A DNA stretch of 64,000 nt from Lytechinus pictus (taxonomy: Eukaryota). A model generated the notes under the pieces. It had not been told where the DNA came from. It saw only the letters and a program-made list of their open reading frames with translations, and did not search any database. The stretch spans positions 32,118,001 through 32,182,000 of the forward strand of contig NC_087251.1 in the NCBI RefSeq assembly GCF_037042905.1, read 5' to 3'. Position numbers and translations under genes: made by a program. This document shows positions 12,302 through 24,979 of the stretch, piece by piece. Position 1 is the stretch's first letter. Each line of letters begins with the position of its first letter.

Positions 12302-13614
12302 GTCTCGCCTGCATAGCAGAGCGAAACTATAGGCGCCGCTTTTCCGACGGCGGCGGCGGCGGCGGCGTCAATATCAAATCTTAACCTAAGGTTAAGTTTT
12401 TGAAATGACATCATAACTTAGAAAGTGTATGGACCTAGTTCATGAAACTTACTGAACATCCTGCCTGAGTTTCAGGTCACATGACTAAGGTCAAAGGTCA
12501 TTTAGGGTCAATAAACTTTGACCATGTTGGGAGAATTATTTTCAAGATCTTAACCGAAGGTTAAGTTTTTGAAATGACATCATAACTTAGAAAGTATATG
12601 GACCTAGTTCATGAAACTTGAGTATAAGGTTAATCAAGTATTAGTGAACATCCTGCTCGAGTTTCAGGTCACATGACCAAGGTCAAAGGTCATTTAGGGT
12701 CAATGAACTTTGGTCAAGTTGGGGGTATTTGTTGAATTACCTTCATAACTTTGAAAATTTATGGATCTAGTTCATGAAACTTGGACATTATGTTAATCAA
12801 GTACCACTGAATATCCTGTGCGAGTTTCAGGTACCATGGTCAACGGTCATTTAAGGTCAATGAACTTTGGCCGTGTTGGGGTTATTTGTTAAATTACCAT
12901 CCTAACTCTGAAGGTTTATGGATCTAGTTCATAAAACTTGGACATAAGAGTAATCGAGTATCACTGAATATCCTGTACGAGTTTCAGGTCACATGACCAT
13001 GGTGAAAGGTCATTTAAGGTCAATGAACTTTGGCCGTGTTGGGGGTATTTGTTGAATTACCATCCTAACTCTGAGGTTTATGGATCTATTTCATAAAACT
13101 TGGGATATAAGAGTAATCAAGTATCACTGAACATCCCCTGTGAGTTTCAGGTCACAAAACCAAGTCAAATGTCAGTTAAGGTCAATAAACTTAGGCCATG
13201 TTGGGGGTATTTGTTAAATTACCATCCTAACTCTGAAGGTTTATGGATCTTGTTCATAAAACTTGTACATAAGAGTAATCGAGTATCACTGAACATCCTG
13301 TACGAGTTTCAGGTCACATGACCATGGTGAAAGGTAATTTAAGGTCAATAAACTTAGGCCATGTTGGGGTAATTGTTGAATTGCCATCATAACTTTGAAA
13401 GTTTATGGATAGAGTGAATGAAATGTGGACATGGGTGTAGTTGACAAGTCTTAAGTCACCGTTCAAATGTCATCTATGGTCAATGAACGTGGTATTATGT
13501 CATTATATGAATGGTGTTTTTGTGAATGATTATTTTATAGTAGTTTTCAAAGTTAGCACTGCTGCTATATTAAATAGCGTAATGCAGGCGAGACTGCCAG
13601 AGGCGTTCCACTTG
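12302..13614 (+). mobile_element. HINE family A, full-length copy with internal ~160-bp tandem array
   Basis: SubTIRs GTCTCGCCTGCAT (12302-12314) and ATGCAGGCGAGAC (13582-13594); (CGG)n near the 5' end; about 7 internal repeats; 3' end ...gccagaggcgttccaCTTG; flanked by T on both sides. Confidence 0.85.
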
Positions 13615-16600
13615 TTCTTATAGGCCCTACTTCGTGCCAATTTTATTTTATTACACTACAAATGGGTTCTGTGAGCAAGGAATAGAGCCAAACGTGTTTA
13701 GGGTATGTTTTTGGTTTTTCCACCAAGCCTTTTCCCCGGGGTCATATTCTGGCGCCAAATGTGTAAATGAAGCCCGCGAAAAACTTGTGTAGGGGGTTAT
13801 TTTGCACACAGAGAAAAACTCGTTTAGGGTGTGTTTGTAAATAATTTGGTCACGCGTGGGTACAGCAATACATTTTGACTGCCCCCCCCCCCCCCGGGGG
13901 GAGGGGGGTAAATCCCGGGAGATGGGAGACATAATGGGCCTATTTCCCCGCCCCACTTTTCGGAGGGGGGGTAGCGTGTACAATCACCCCCCCCCCCCTT
14001 CAAGACAGATACGATATTTTTTATCATCAAATGATTAATACTGCTATTAATGCGTGGATTCATCTTTAAATGCTGTCAAAGTGCTTAAATCGGCCCAATT
14101 TTGCGTTCTAAAAGTGCAAAATTTTCTCGCACGGGCGCTCAATCTAACCTTACAAGATTTTGGCCAAGACAAATCCCTATACGTTTAGCTCATTGCAAAA
14201 TTTATATCCGCTGCATCATTAGAGAAGGATTATTATGAGTTGTATGATACCAATGAATATGGTTAAGTTAACTTTATCAAAAACCAATCAAAACATTCTT
14301 AGAATGTTGGGAGGGGGGGGGGGGGGTATCCTTGCATCAATATTGATGCGGTGGATGTACACTGATAGGCATGCCCGACTAATTACATTTTTTTTAAAAC
14401 CAAATCAATGAAACGTAAAGGCAAGATAGGACAGCAATATTTTCCACACACTTTACAATCTCATCCGTTCACAGGAGACCTAAAATCACATTAATTCCAC
14501 AAAATTCTCATAAATATTTCAAATATGAAATTTGCTCAAAATTTTGAATGTTCCATCATCTCCCAATATTAAAGATAATTCAAATTTTGTCCTATACGCT
14601 ACACCTGGTCCCTTTTAAATTCTTTGCTCATTACGCCACTATTTAGTCCAGAAAAATCATGATCCCATTTTTTTCTTTCCCGGGGTTCTTTCTCATCTCA
14701 CCTTTAACCAGTGAGCAGTTTTATTGAACGAAATCTAGACTGTTTAATCCTTATTTGCTCGTTATATTTCCTTGTTATATTTCCTTTCCTTTTATTCTTC
14801 TAGTTTAAGTTATTTATAATTTACCCTCATCCTAATGCATTTAATTTAAAACAACTGAAGCAACTTTTTGGAGACTTGCACACGACGCTCACTTCGCAGC
14901 ATTTCTACATTAATTATACGTACCCCTTGAAAGACGATTTTGATAATATCATCGATCTTCCAGCTATTGAAAATTTGCAATTTATTTGATATTAGCTGTA
15001 ATTCATTACTTAATATCACAACAAATCCATTGCAATTTCTTGCGGTAAATGGTATAGGCCATTGGTGATGGTTTAGCAGGGGCGGATCCAGCCTTCGCCA
15101 ATAGGGGGGGGGGGGATTTTTTTTAGCCGCATTCTCCCTGATTGGCCGCTCGAAGTTGATTTTTGCTTGTTTCTTTGAAGGGGTAGTCCTAATAGTCACG
15201 TCTATGCTTTATTCTTATAAATCAACATAAATATATACTAGTCTCATAAGCCTTATTTAAATATGAAGCACGAGCTTTTTTATTTCATGTATTTTGTCCT
15301 AAAATTTAAACATTCTGGGCAATGTTTGTGATCATAAACGAGATGTGTATCCAACTAAATAATTACTGTGAGCGCGAAGCGCGAGCAGAAATTGTTGATA
15401 GGTTTTAATCTGATCAAAAAAGGATCTAGTAACGGCTGCTTGTTAGCCATGAAGACGTTACATATTCAACTATCAAATAATGCGAGCGCGAAGCGCGAGC
15501 TAGAATTTTTGACATTTCTACTTAAAGAATAGAAATTCTAAGCAATTTTTGTAATCGTGAAAAGGATAAGTATAGCGAGGCGCGAGCGGAAAAAATCGAG
15601 ATTTACACCTAAGAATGGGACACTCTATTCATGTTTTGTAAATCATAAAAAGGATGAGTAATTGGAAATCTTTCTACATTAATAATGCGAGCGCAAAGCG
15701 CGAGTAGATTTTTTTTATTTTTGATATACGTTTTGATCTGATCAAAAAGGGATCTGTTAACGGCTGCCTGATAGCCATGAAGACGTTACATATTTCACTA
15801 TCAAATAATGCGAGCGCGAAGCGCGAGCTGAAAATTTTGAACTTTTACTTAAAGAATGGAAATTTTAAGCACGTTTTTTAATCGTAAAAAGAATAAGTAT
15901 ATAACTAAACAAAATTGATGCGAGCTTGAAGCGCGAGCGGACAAATTTGATATTTATACCCTAAAAATGGGACACTCTATTCATGTTTTGTAAATCATGA
16001 AAAGGAATAGTAATTGGAAATCTTTCTACATTAATAATGCGAGCGCAAAGCGCGAGCAGAAAATTTTTGATAGTTTGTGATCTGAAACTGGATAATGATT
16101 TAAATAAAGAACAAGCTCCGTATCTGATTTCGACCTAGAGTTTGGGTATTCTAGATAGCTTTTTAATCATGAAAATCAATAAAGCGAGCGTAAAGCGCGG
16201 GCTTAAAATATTTGATATACCGATCTACAAAAGGGTCGATTTAAGCTCTGTATTTCAAGCACTTTGTAGGAAAATTGTGAGGTGGATATGGATCAAAGTT
16301 AAAAAAAGAGCTGATATGTTTCATTATTATTACTTTGAGTTTTGACATAGGACCGGGACATTCTATAAGGACATTATGTCATCATATGAAAATGATGACT
16401 ATCTTCCTATTTTTCTTCCTAAGCGCGAGATTAAACTTGTCGATATTCCATTCTGAAAAGGGACAATTTGATTATTAAATTAACATCTTATTTATTATCT
16501 AATAAGCCTAATGAGAGCGCGAAATCTGTTAATACTATGGCCTGAAAACTGGACGTTTAAAGCACTTGAGTTAATTTCTTTTCAACAATCAATGCGAGCG

Positions 16601-16989
16601 CAAATTGCGAGCCGAAATTTTTGATGAATTTTCATGAAATGGGGTTTTTAAGTAGTTTGATTTAGAATTGATATTAAGATATACACAACTCACCAATCAA
16701 AATGCGAGCGTGCAGCTCTAGCTGATACACTTGACAATCTGACCTGAATAGGTATATTTTGAGAACTTTATGGAATACAGGAAAATAATAGGTACCTGAC
16801 AAATCCAATTTTGCGAGCGCGCAGCCCGAGCACAAAATTTTGATATTCAGACCATAAAACAGAAATTTTTACAGAGCACTTTTTAAAAATCAATTTGTAA
16901 ACCAAACAAAATAATGAAAGTTCGATTTCAGAGCTGAAATATGTTTTGTATATTGACTTCAAAATTTTAATATTTGAAGCTCCATATTG

Positions 16990-17138
16990 AGCAAGATATT
17001 CCAGATATCTGGAATAATCATCGAATAAAAATAAATCACAAACCAGTCTATTTCAGGTCTTGGGATTTACGAGGAATACATTTTGTTAATGACATTCTTA
17101 GAACAGATGGTACCTTCTTTCCATACTTTGAATTCCAA
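16990..17138 (+). pseudogene. Tx1/L1-clade LINE ORF2 fragment (left piece)
   Basis: Translation IWNNHRIKINHKPVYFRSWDLRGIHFVNDILRTDGTFFPYFEF resembles the post-RT region of Tx1/L1 ORF2. Confidence 0.7.
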
Positions 17139-17142
17139 CGTG

Positions 17143-20024
17143 CCGAACCTTGTTTTTTTATATATACAATGTTTTTTATGGTTTCTTGTCAATTCGAGGG
17201 TGCTGATTCCGAATCTGAATGATGCCACTCGTGTAACCTTGAGCATTTTCTGCAAATTGGCAAAATCCAATATGGCCGCCAAAATATTCAAATTACCCAT
17301 GAAAATCATAAAATTGTCCACACATTGGCTTTAAAGTACATGCAATTGTGCTGCCGGAGTGAAATGATATCTGAAAAAATGATTTTTGTCAAAATATTTA
17401 TTTTCTTGATATCAAAATGGCCGCCATCATAGACCCCTGTACAATATGAATGGGGAAAATTAATTTTTACAAAATTGAGCACTGAAATGCAAGTAATTAT
17501 GATCTATGAGTGAAGCAATGTCTGTAAACATGATTGCTAACGATATATATCATTTGTTATGTCAGTTATGTGATAAATCCTGTATTTTGATTTTCAAAAT
17601 GGCCTTCAAAAGCCCTAACACTATTATGTACAATGTGAATGGTGACACAAAAAAATCACAAGAGTGAGCACTAAAATGCATTTTGTTGAGATAAACGAGT
17701 GGAATACTGACTAAAAACATTATTGTTAACGAAATTTATTATTTAACATGCCATGTATGTGATAAACCCAGTATTTTGATATTTAATATGACCGCCAAAG
17801 GCCCTAAAATTATTTATTTATTTATTTATTCAGTTTTATTTAAAAACAGGGTAGTCCTTTCAGAGCCCAAAGGCCTGCTTTACAAAAGAGCCCTGTAGAC
17901 ATAGAAAGATTTACAAAATAAATGAAATACAAATTATGATCTACGATGTGAGAGAGGACAAAAACAATCACAAGGTGAGCACTAAAACATATTTTTTTGT
18001 GGTAAATTAGTGGAATACTGTCTTCAAATATAATTTGCAACGAAATATATTATTCGGGTTTCATATTTGTGTTAAATATTGTATTTTGACTTTCAAAATG
18101 GCCGCCAAAAGACATTGACTGTATTATGTACAATCGATCTGGGAAACCAATTTTCACATGAGTCAGCACCATAACATGCATATAATTGTGATTTAAGAGT
18201 AAAATATTGTCTGAAAACATAATTCCTAACAAGATATATCATTCATTCTGCCAGGTAGGTGATAAATAATGTATTTTGAAAGTCAAAATGGCCGCTACAG
18301 GCCCTAACGGTAGGCCTATTATGTACTTTGTGAATGGGAACATATAATTTTAACAGAATTTAATTGGCTTTGCTTGACTATATGGTGTTGCATGTATGAG
18401 TGAAATATCGTCTGAAAATATGATTTTGTAACCAAATAGATCATTTCTTATGTTATTTAGGTGATAAATGCTATATTTAAATTTCAAAATGGCTGCAATA
18501 TGTTTCTTTGTGGAAATTATCTTTCCCCATTCAAATTTTACATATTAAGATAAGGGACTATGGCGGCCATTTTTCATTTTTAAAAGGCTGCATTCATCAC
18601 CCTTATGACACAAGCTATGATATATTTCGTTAGAAATCATTGGGTTTAGACAATACTTAACACTTACATCAAAATTAAGCCATTTTCATAGTAAAAATTT
18701 TGTCAAAATTATCTGTCCCCAGTTACAATGTACATACTACTTTGGGCTATGGCAGCAATTTTGAATTTCAAAGTAAGGCCTTTATTACCTTCTCAACCAT
18801 TATGTGATGTATTTAGTCAGAAATCATGTTCAAGACCAAATTTTACCTATACATCACATAGTTACGTGCGTTTTTGGTTCTCATTCTGGTGATGATTAGT
18901 TTCCCTATACGCATGTTACAGAATTTGTAGGGGCTTGTGCGGCAGTTTTGAAAGTCAAAATACAGTAATTATCACCTATGGGAGAGGAAATGTTATATTT
19001 CATTAAAAAAATCACGTTTTCAAACAATATTTTCCTTATACAACAGAATTATATGGATTTCATAGTCAGGCAAATCCTAATTCTTTCAAAAGTATTTGTC
19101 CCCATTTACATTGTAGATAATACTGTAAGGGCCCATAGGGGCCATTTTGAATTTTACAATACAGCATTTATCTCATGCATGAAAAATGAAATGATATGTT
19201 TCGCCAGAAATCATGTGTTTAGACAATATTTCACTCGTATAGATTACAATTACATTCATTTTATTGTTTTTACTCTTGTGAAAATTAGTTTCTTCATTCG
19301 CTTTGTTCATAATACAGATAGGACCTATGGCAGCCATTTTGAATGTCAACATGCAGCATAATTACCGAAATTGCAAGGGAAATGATATGTTTCGTTAGAA
19401 ATCCTTGTTGTCAGACAGTGTTACACCAATATTTCGCAGTTATTGGCATTTTAAAGTCAAACAAATTCAAAGGTTGTGAAAATTATTTGTCCCCTTTTAT
19501 ATATTGTACACAGTATAAGGGGTCTATGACAGCCATTTTGAATATCATAATACAGCATTTATCACATTAAATAGTATACAAATGACATAGTTTTGTTAAT
19601 AGTCATGTTTTCAGACAGTAGTCCACTCGCAGGTCACAATCACATGCAATAATAGTGCTCTTGTTTGAAAAAATATTTTCCCCATTCATATTCTACATAA
19701 TAAAGTATACAGGGGTTATGGCGGCCATTTTGAATATCAATAAAATAAATATTTTGTCAAATATCGCTTTTCCAATTGGTATTTCACTTCTGCACAACAA
19801 CTACATGCATTTTATAGCTAATGTGTTGGCAATTTTATGATTTTCATGGGTAATTTGCATATTTTGGCGGCCATATTGGATTTTGCCAATTTGCGGAAAA
19901 TGCTCAAGGTTACAAGAGTGGCATCATTCAGATTCGGAATCAGCACCCTCGAATTGACAAGAAACCATCAAAAAACATTGTATATCTAAAAAAACAAGGT
20001 TCGACCCCTTGTCTATGGGGCCTA
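17143..20024. mobile_element. Foldback element with long TIRs (Academ-like), about 2.9 kb
   Basis: 17145-17420 is the reverse complement of about 19720-20003; internal units centred on AAAATGGCCGCC switch orientation near 18.5 kb; the right end reads ...GGGGCCTA; the outer left terminus appears deleted. Superfamily assignment is tentative. Confidence 0.75.
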
Positions 20025-20029
20025 TCCTG

Positions 20030-20910
20030 GACTATGAAGCTCTGCACCTTGTTGTGAAAACACGTGTAGGTTGCTCAAATATATATCGCTCTTTTTTTAA
20101 CTTCAGCTGGAAAGATCTGTTAGGTTTTCGAGATGACATTTGGGTTGCTTTTTGTTTGATTCTATTTCATGCAACAATGGAAATAACCTTAAGATGGTTT
20201 CAAATTAAAATTTTAAACAAAATATTGTATATGAAGGATTCTCTGTTGAAATTTGGTATAGTAACAAATATGAAATGTACTTTTTGTATTGATAATGATG
20301 AAACATTTATTATGCATATATTTTGCCTTTGTACTCACTCTTATGTAATATGGTCGAGAATAGAATCATGGATATTTCAAAATACTCGAGAGGTGGTCGT
20401 ATTAACGAATGAAAACAAATTGTTTGGATTTTGTGGTACAAATAATAATGCTCTTAACTGTGTCATGATGATCGTAAGAAAAGAGATATACTTAGCCAAA
20501 TTGAAAAAAATAGTTACCTTCATTTACCTCAATTATGTCGGCTTTAAAACTTTATTATGAAATGGAAAAATATATTTATGAAACAAATTTCAGAGCAAAT
20601 AAGTTCAGAAAGAAATGGTTTCATTTCAGAAACTTTTTCGAACAAGCTGGCAATCTGTCACATTAACACAATTATTACCAGTGTTTATTTCTCAGTTATA
20701 TGTATCAGACCCCTTTTTTCTTGCCAAATTAGCTTTGGCTGTGACAACTTGATTGTACAATAAGTCAGTTTGACTACATGTCTATATATTATTATTATGA
20801 ATTATGTATATACCATGTTTATTTAATGTTTGTCGTAAAAATTGTAAATGTTTATACCATGTAAATATGCCTTTTTGAAAATAAAGAACCCTGTGGAAGG
20901 GAAAAAAAAA
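20030..20910 (+). pseudogene. Tx1/L1-clade LINE ORF2 C-terminal fragment with 3' UTR and A-tail (right piece)
   Basis: LRWFQIKILNKIL...KCTFCIDNDETFIMHIFCLC is a zf-RVT-type CCHC knuckle; frameshift near 20520; AATAAA at about 20880 followed by an A-run at 20902-20910. Confidence 0.8.
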
Positions 20911-21759
20911 TATGTAAATCACCTAAAAGGCAATGCTAGCGCGAAGCGCAAGCGAAAATTTCATATAGTGGCATGAAATGTTTTTCTTTATATTATTTAA
21001 TTAGTCTTCCCCTCATCTCATTTTATTCACTCGTCTTCCTCCTCCTATGTTTCCATTTTTTTCTCCTCTCTTTTCCCTTCTTTTCTTCTTTTCTTTCTTT
21101 CCCCTTTTTCCCTTTTTTTGCTCCGCCAATAGGGGGGGGGGCGGGCTCTTCGGGCCCCCCCCTGGATCCGCCTATGCTTTAGCACGTTAGAAAATGATCA
21201 CCAGTTGTTCTTATAAATAAAGTCGCTCTTAACTTACGAACAGCACACGAAACGACCCCTGCATGGTTTCTCAGCTACAGCCTGATGCGCATGCGTAGCC
21301 TGAGCCCCCATCCCACCAGTCAAGGCATGCACTTGTGATATATGTTGACAATATTAATGATCTCCTTCATCCGAGTTTCGAAATATATCAAAATTAGTAC
21401 GAAATGGTCATAGGTTTAAGACAATGCAAACGGTCTGAGTCGTGTGCAGTTATCGTGCATAATTACAAATATAAACACATATGTATCAATACATATATAT
21501 ATATTTTATCAAAAGCCATCAAACATAGGCCTTTATAGTTATGTACATACATGCATGGGTCAAAATACAACATTCAATTATTTCAATTAACAATATGTTA
21601 AATGACTCGGATAAACATTATATTATATGAATCTTTGGGTCCGAGTTCTTAAGAAGGAATGTTACCAAAACTTTTGATGTGAGCTAATACTCTGCTGAAA
21701 TGAGTCTCTTTATATCTAATTCACTTTGATTTATTTCAAGCATGAAGCTATTTCATATA

Positions 21760-22000
21760 GCTCCATTGTTCAAGTGAGAGCTTTTCCTTTCTTTTAAATA
21801 TTTCATGAGATAGTGGAGAGTTGTTTCCGGCACAGCACAGAATGAGCATAGGGCATAGACCTGTTTCATGATTGTTAGTCTGCGTACATTTGAATGTTTT
21901 GAGACTGATTTTTTAATGTTCTTCAGAGGGGATACTGTTTCATCCCAGATTCTTTGCCATATTTGTGTAAAGTACATTTTAAGAATGCAGTTTGATTCAA
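21760..22000 (-). pseudogene. Degenerate non-LTR retrotransposon C-terminal relic
   Basis: Minus-strand translation QIWQRIWDE...CSFCAVPETTLHYLMKY resembles the WQ..WD and C..C...ET..H motifs of LINE ORF2 C-termini; cut off by a MITE at 22007. Confidence 0.5.
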
Positions 22001-22006
22001 GCTCAA

Positions 22007-22608
22007 AGGACAAGTCCACCCCAACAAAAAAATTGATTTGAATAAAAAGAGAAAATCCAACAAGCATAACACTGAAAATTTCATCAAAATCGGATGTAAA
22101 ATAAGAAAAATACGACATTTTTAAAGTTTCGCTTAATTTCTCAAAACAGTTTATGCACATCCTGGTTGGTATGCAAATGAGGAGACTGATGGCATCATCC
22201 ACTCACTATTTCATTTGTATTTAATTATATGAAGATGAATTATTCTAATTTTCTCCTCATTGTCAAGTGAAACGGTGATTAATTCCTCCCTGAACATGTG
22301 GAATTAGCATTGTTTAATACTATATGATTCAGTCAAGTCGGTCCCTATGATCAAATCTGTAAAAAATGAAATAATGTATAATTCAAACAATAGAAAACAA
22401 AAGAAATAGTGAGTGATGGACATCATCGACTGTCTCATTTGCATGTCACTGAGTTGTGCATATCACTGTTTTGTGAAAAATAAGCGAAACTTTAAAATGC
22501 CATAACTTTCTTATTTTAAATCCGATTTTGATGAAATTTTCAGTGTTATGCTAGTTTGATTTTTCTCTATTTATTCAAATCAACATTTTGCTGGGGTGGA
22601 CTTGACCT
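22007..22608. mobile_element. Kolobok-like MITE (copy 1)
   Basis: TIRs AGGACAAGTCCACCCC and GGGGTGGACTTGACCT; flanks TCAA and TTAA; closely similar to 54204-54808. Confidence 0.85.
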
Positions 22609-23492
22609 TTAATAATTTTGTTATTTACATCAATTTTGCTGGGCCGTACGTACCTTATTTTGACTGCAATTCTCATCACCTCATTGCCCCCCCCCCCGGG
22701 GGGGGGGGGGTACTCACGAAATAAGTCATACGGGCATGTGCCGCTGTCCAGAATGGGTCGCTTTTTTGAAGAAATTCCTTAACATGGGGTATGGTTTTAT
22801 GCTGGAAAATCCCTATAAACAATATGCCCCCAATTTTTAGATACATGGCCTTTAACATGGGTCCATGGCCCAAATGGGTTCATACTCTCCTCCAATTTTG
22901 GGTGATAACTTTTTTTGGTCAAATTTTGATAGATCCCTAATCATGGGTACCTTTTTAGCCAAAATGACCCGTAAATATGGGTATGGGTTTTGAATCTTCA
23001 GCCGTACGTACACCCCCGTCCAAACCAAATCTATAAGTACCCCCCTCCGGATCGTTCCTAACATCACAATAACCTGGGATCCATTAAAATACACTGTTAT
23101 TCCTTTATTATACAATTGTATATACATGATTAGCAAAATTTCATTTACGAAAGTTGGTTTTTTCTTTGTTTTTTCTTTTTTTTAATAATAGTTTTGAATT
23201 TGATAATCCCTCTGCGCTGATGAGTGAGTCGCATAATTCAACTCCATGTAACTCTATATGTAGCTTGTAATATAGACGCATGGTAGTGAGCAAATGTCAA
23301 ATCTAGTGGATTTTTTTAAATCATATGATGATTACAGATATATCTTTCGTAGATTTGATATTTGTTTATATTTTTGACTATTTAATCCCAAATTCTACAT
23401 AATTGGTAGTTTGCAAACTTTTTTTGTCATCTCTAATTCTACATAATTTTATGTTACAATATGTAACGCCTGGCATTAGACTAAAAATCTTT

Positions 23493-23502
23493 GGAAATCC
23501 CC
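23493..23502 (-). promoter_or_regulatory. Consensus NF-kB site upstream of a candidate non-coding exon
   Basis: GGAAATCCCC (reverse complement GGGGATTTCC); donor TTG|GTAAGT at 23713. Confidence 0.45.
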
Positions 23503-23947
23503 GTTTCTATTCATAGCACACGATCACGACACACGAGTAGTATACCGCGAGAGAATATATGCATTGCATTGAATTGGGCATTGTAACAGAAGATACTCTA
23601 GCATGTCACGGCAAATATTTCAGTACTAATCTACTTTTCATCATCATCATTATAATTTATATGTACAGCAACGGGTAAAACTATTTTGTGTAGAAAGTTT
23701 CATATTATTTTGGTAAGTTTAGACTACTAAATCAACATATTTAGACACGAAACACGGTTCTTGCAAAGACCCTTTCGTGCAATCGGCCCCTTTTACAACT
23801 AGTTTTAGCTCTGCAACTGTGCAACTGTGCAATCTGAATCTGATCATGATTCATGGCTTCATGCTGGTTCATTATTTTTAGCGGCTCTATAAACGTAACG
23901 ATAACGTAAGCCTGTGATCCTAACATTTTTTTGACATAGGCTAGTCC

Positions 23948-24392
23948 TAGACAGCTGGCAGCCGTCTGTTTCGAGGAGTTTAAAAAAAAAAAATAATTTT
24001 TTAATTTCTCCTCGTACACAGACGGCTCGCTATCGTGCAGCTACCATTAGGGGACTTACAATGCAAAATCCCCCCCGTCAGGGCTCTTCAATTTTTGTCT
24101 TTAATGAATCAAACTTTTGAAAATTAACACGTCTGAAATGCAAATTAATATTCCCTCTTGGCATTAATTGCCAAAAAACAGGGAAAAATCAAGTTAAAAC
24201 CAAAGGAACAAAAACAGTGACTTACCTCGGGTGTCGCGCAACTTCACCTCCCTGTTTTATCCGAACTTATATACATTATGGCCATTGAGTCCCCTGTACA
24301 GATCGCGCTAGAACTTCGGTCTCTGTATTTGGTGAGTGAAGCCAACGGAGTTCAGCTAAACCAACATAACAGAGACCGAAGCTTTTGGTCTA
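23948..24392. mobile_element. Probable non-autonomous DNA element with 9-bp TSD (Mutator-like)
   Basis: GGCTAGTCC at 23939-23947 and 24393-24401 flanking TAGAC...GTCTA ends; internal hairpin cttcggtctctgt...acagagaccgaag. Boundaries are ambiguous because the direct repeat extends to 15 bp. Confidence 0.5.
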
Positions 24393-24446
24393 GGCTAGTC
24401 CTAGAGTGCTAGACTGTTGTGATTCTGGCAAAATTTGGCTCATGAC

Positions 24447-24979
24447 TAACCCAGAGAGCTCCCGCCCGCACAGCGGGCAGGAGCCCAGAAGCTTACCGTG
24501 TATTTGACCATATTCAGCGGACTAGGGTGATTTATGGTCTAAATATTTCTCCAAATGAATTGTGAAAACAGAAAGTATACAATTACCACGATTATATGGA
24601 TGAAGGTCTAACGAGTGGCAGTTTCCTGACATCTGGGCACAGACTGGAACCTAAAAAAACCGAAAAGTTCTGTCCTCTACCCCAGTCTCGATCGGCCATT
24701 TTGTTACGATTTTTAACAAAAATGGCCGATCGAAACGGGGGTAGAAGGAGAGAACTTTTCGTTTTTTTGAGGTTCCAGTCTGTGCCCAGATGTCAGGAAA
24801 CTGCCACTTGTTAGACCTTCATCCATATAATCGTGGTAATTCATTGTATACTTTCTGTTTTCACAATTCATTTGGAGAAATATTTAGACCATAAATCACC
24901 CTAGTCCGCTGAATATGGTCAAATACACGGTAAGCTTCTGAGCTCCCGCCCGCGCAGCGGGCGGGAGCTCTCTGGGTTA
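24447..24979. mobile_element. 533-bp near-perfect palindromic (foldback) MITE with 9-bp TSD, Mutator-like
   Basis: TAACCCAGAGAGCTCCCGCCCG... versus ...CGGGCGGGAGCTCTCTGGGTTA; arms pair up to a centre near 24710; TSD GCTCATGAC at 24438-24446 and 24980-24988. Confidence 0.9.

Larger units (their letters stand above)
15077..21176. mobile_element. hAT-like non-autonomous element with internal GCGAGCGCGAAGCGCGAGC repeats, hosting nested insertions
   Basis: Termini CAGGGGCGGATCCAG and CTGGATCCGCCTATG; flanks gtttagca and ctttagca (near-8-bp TSD overlapping the left CA). The internal motif array stops near 16.9 kb and resumes at 20937. Confidence 0.7.

Noticed and set aside
15365..16830. Conserved palindromic motif with variable spacers as a CRISPR-like array
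   Set aside because: The spacers are homologous to one another with a ~330-350-bp period, so this is a diverged tandem repeat inside a hAT-like element.
20009..20560. Longest ORF in the window (183 aa) as a host gene
   Set aside because: It is a LINE ORF2 C-terminal relic that starts inside a transposon end and is frameshifted.
24596..24814. 72-aa ORF
   Set aside because: It lies wholly within the palindromic MITE and shows no recognisable protein motif.
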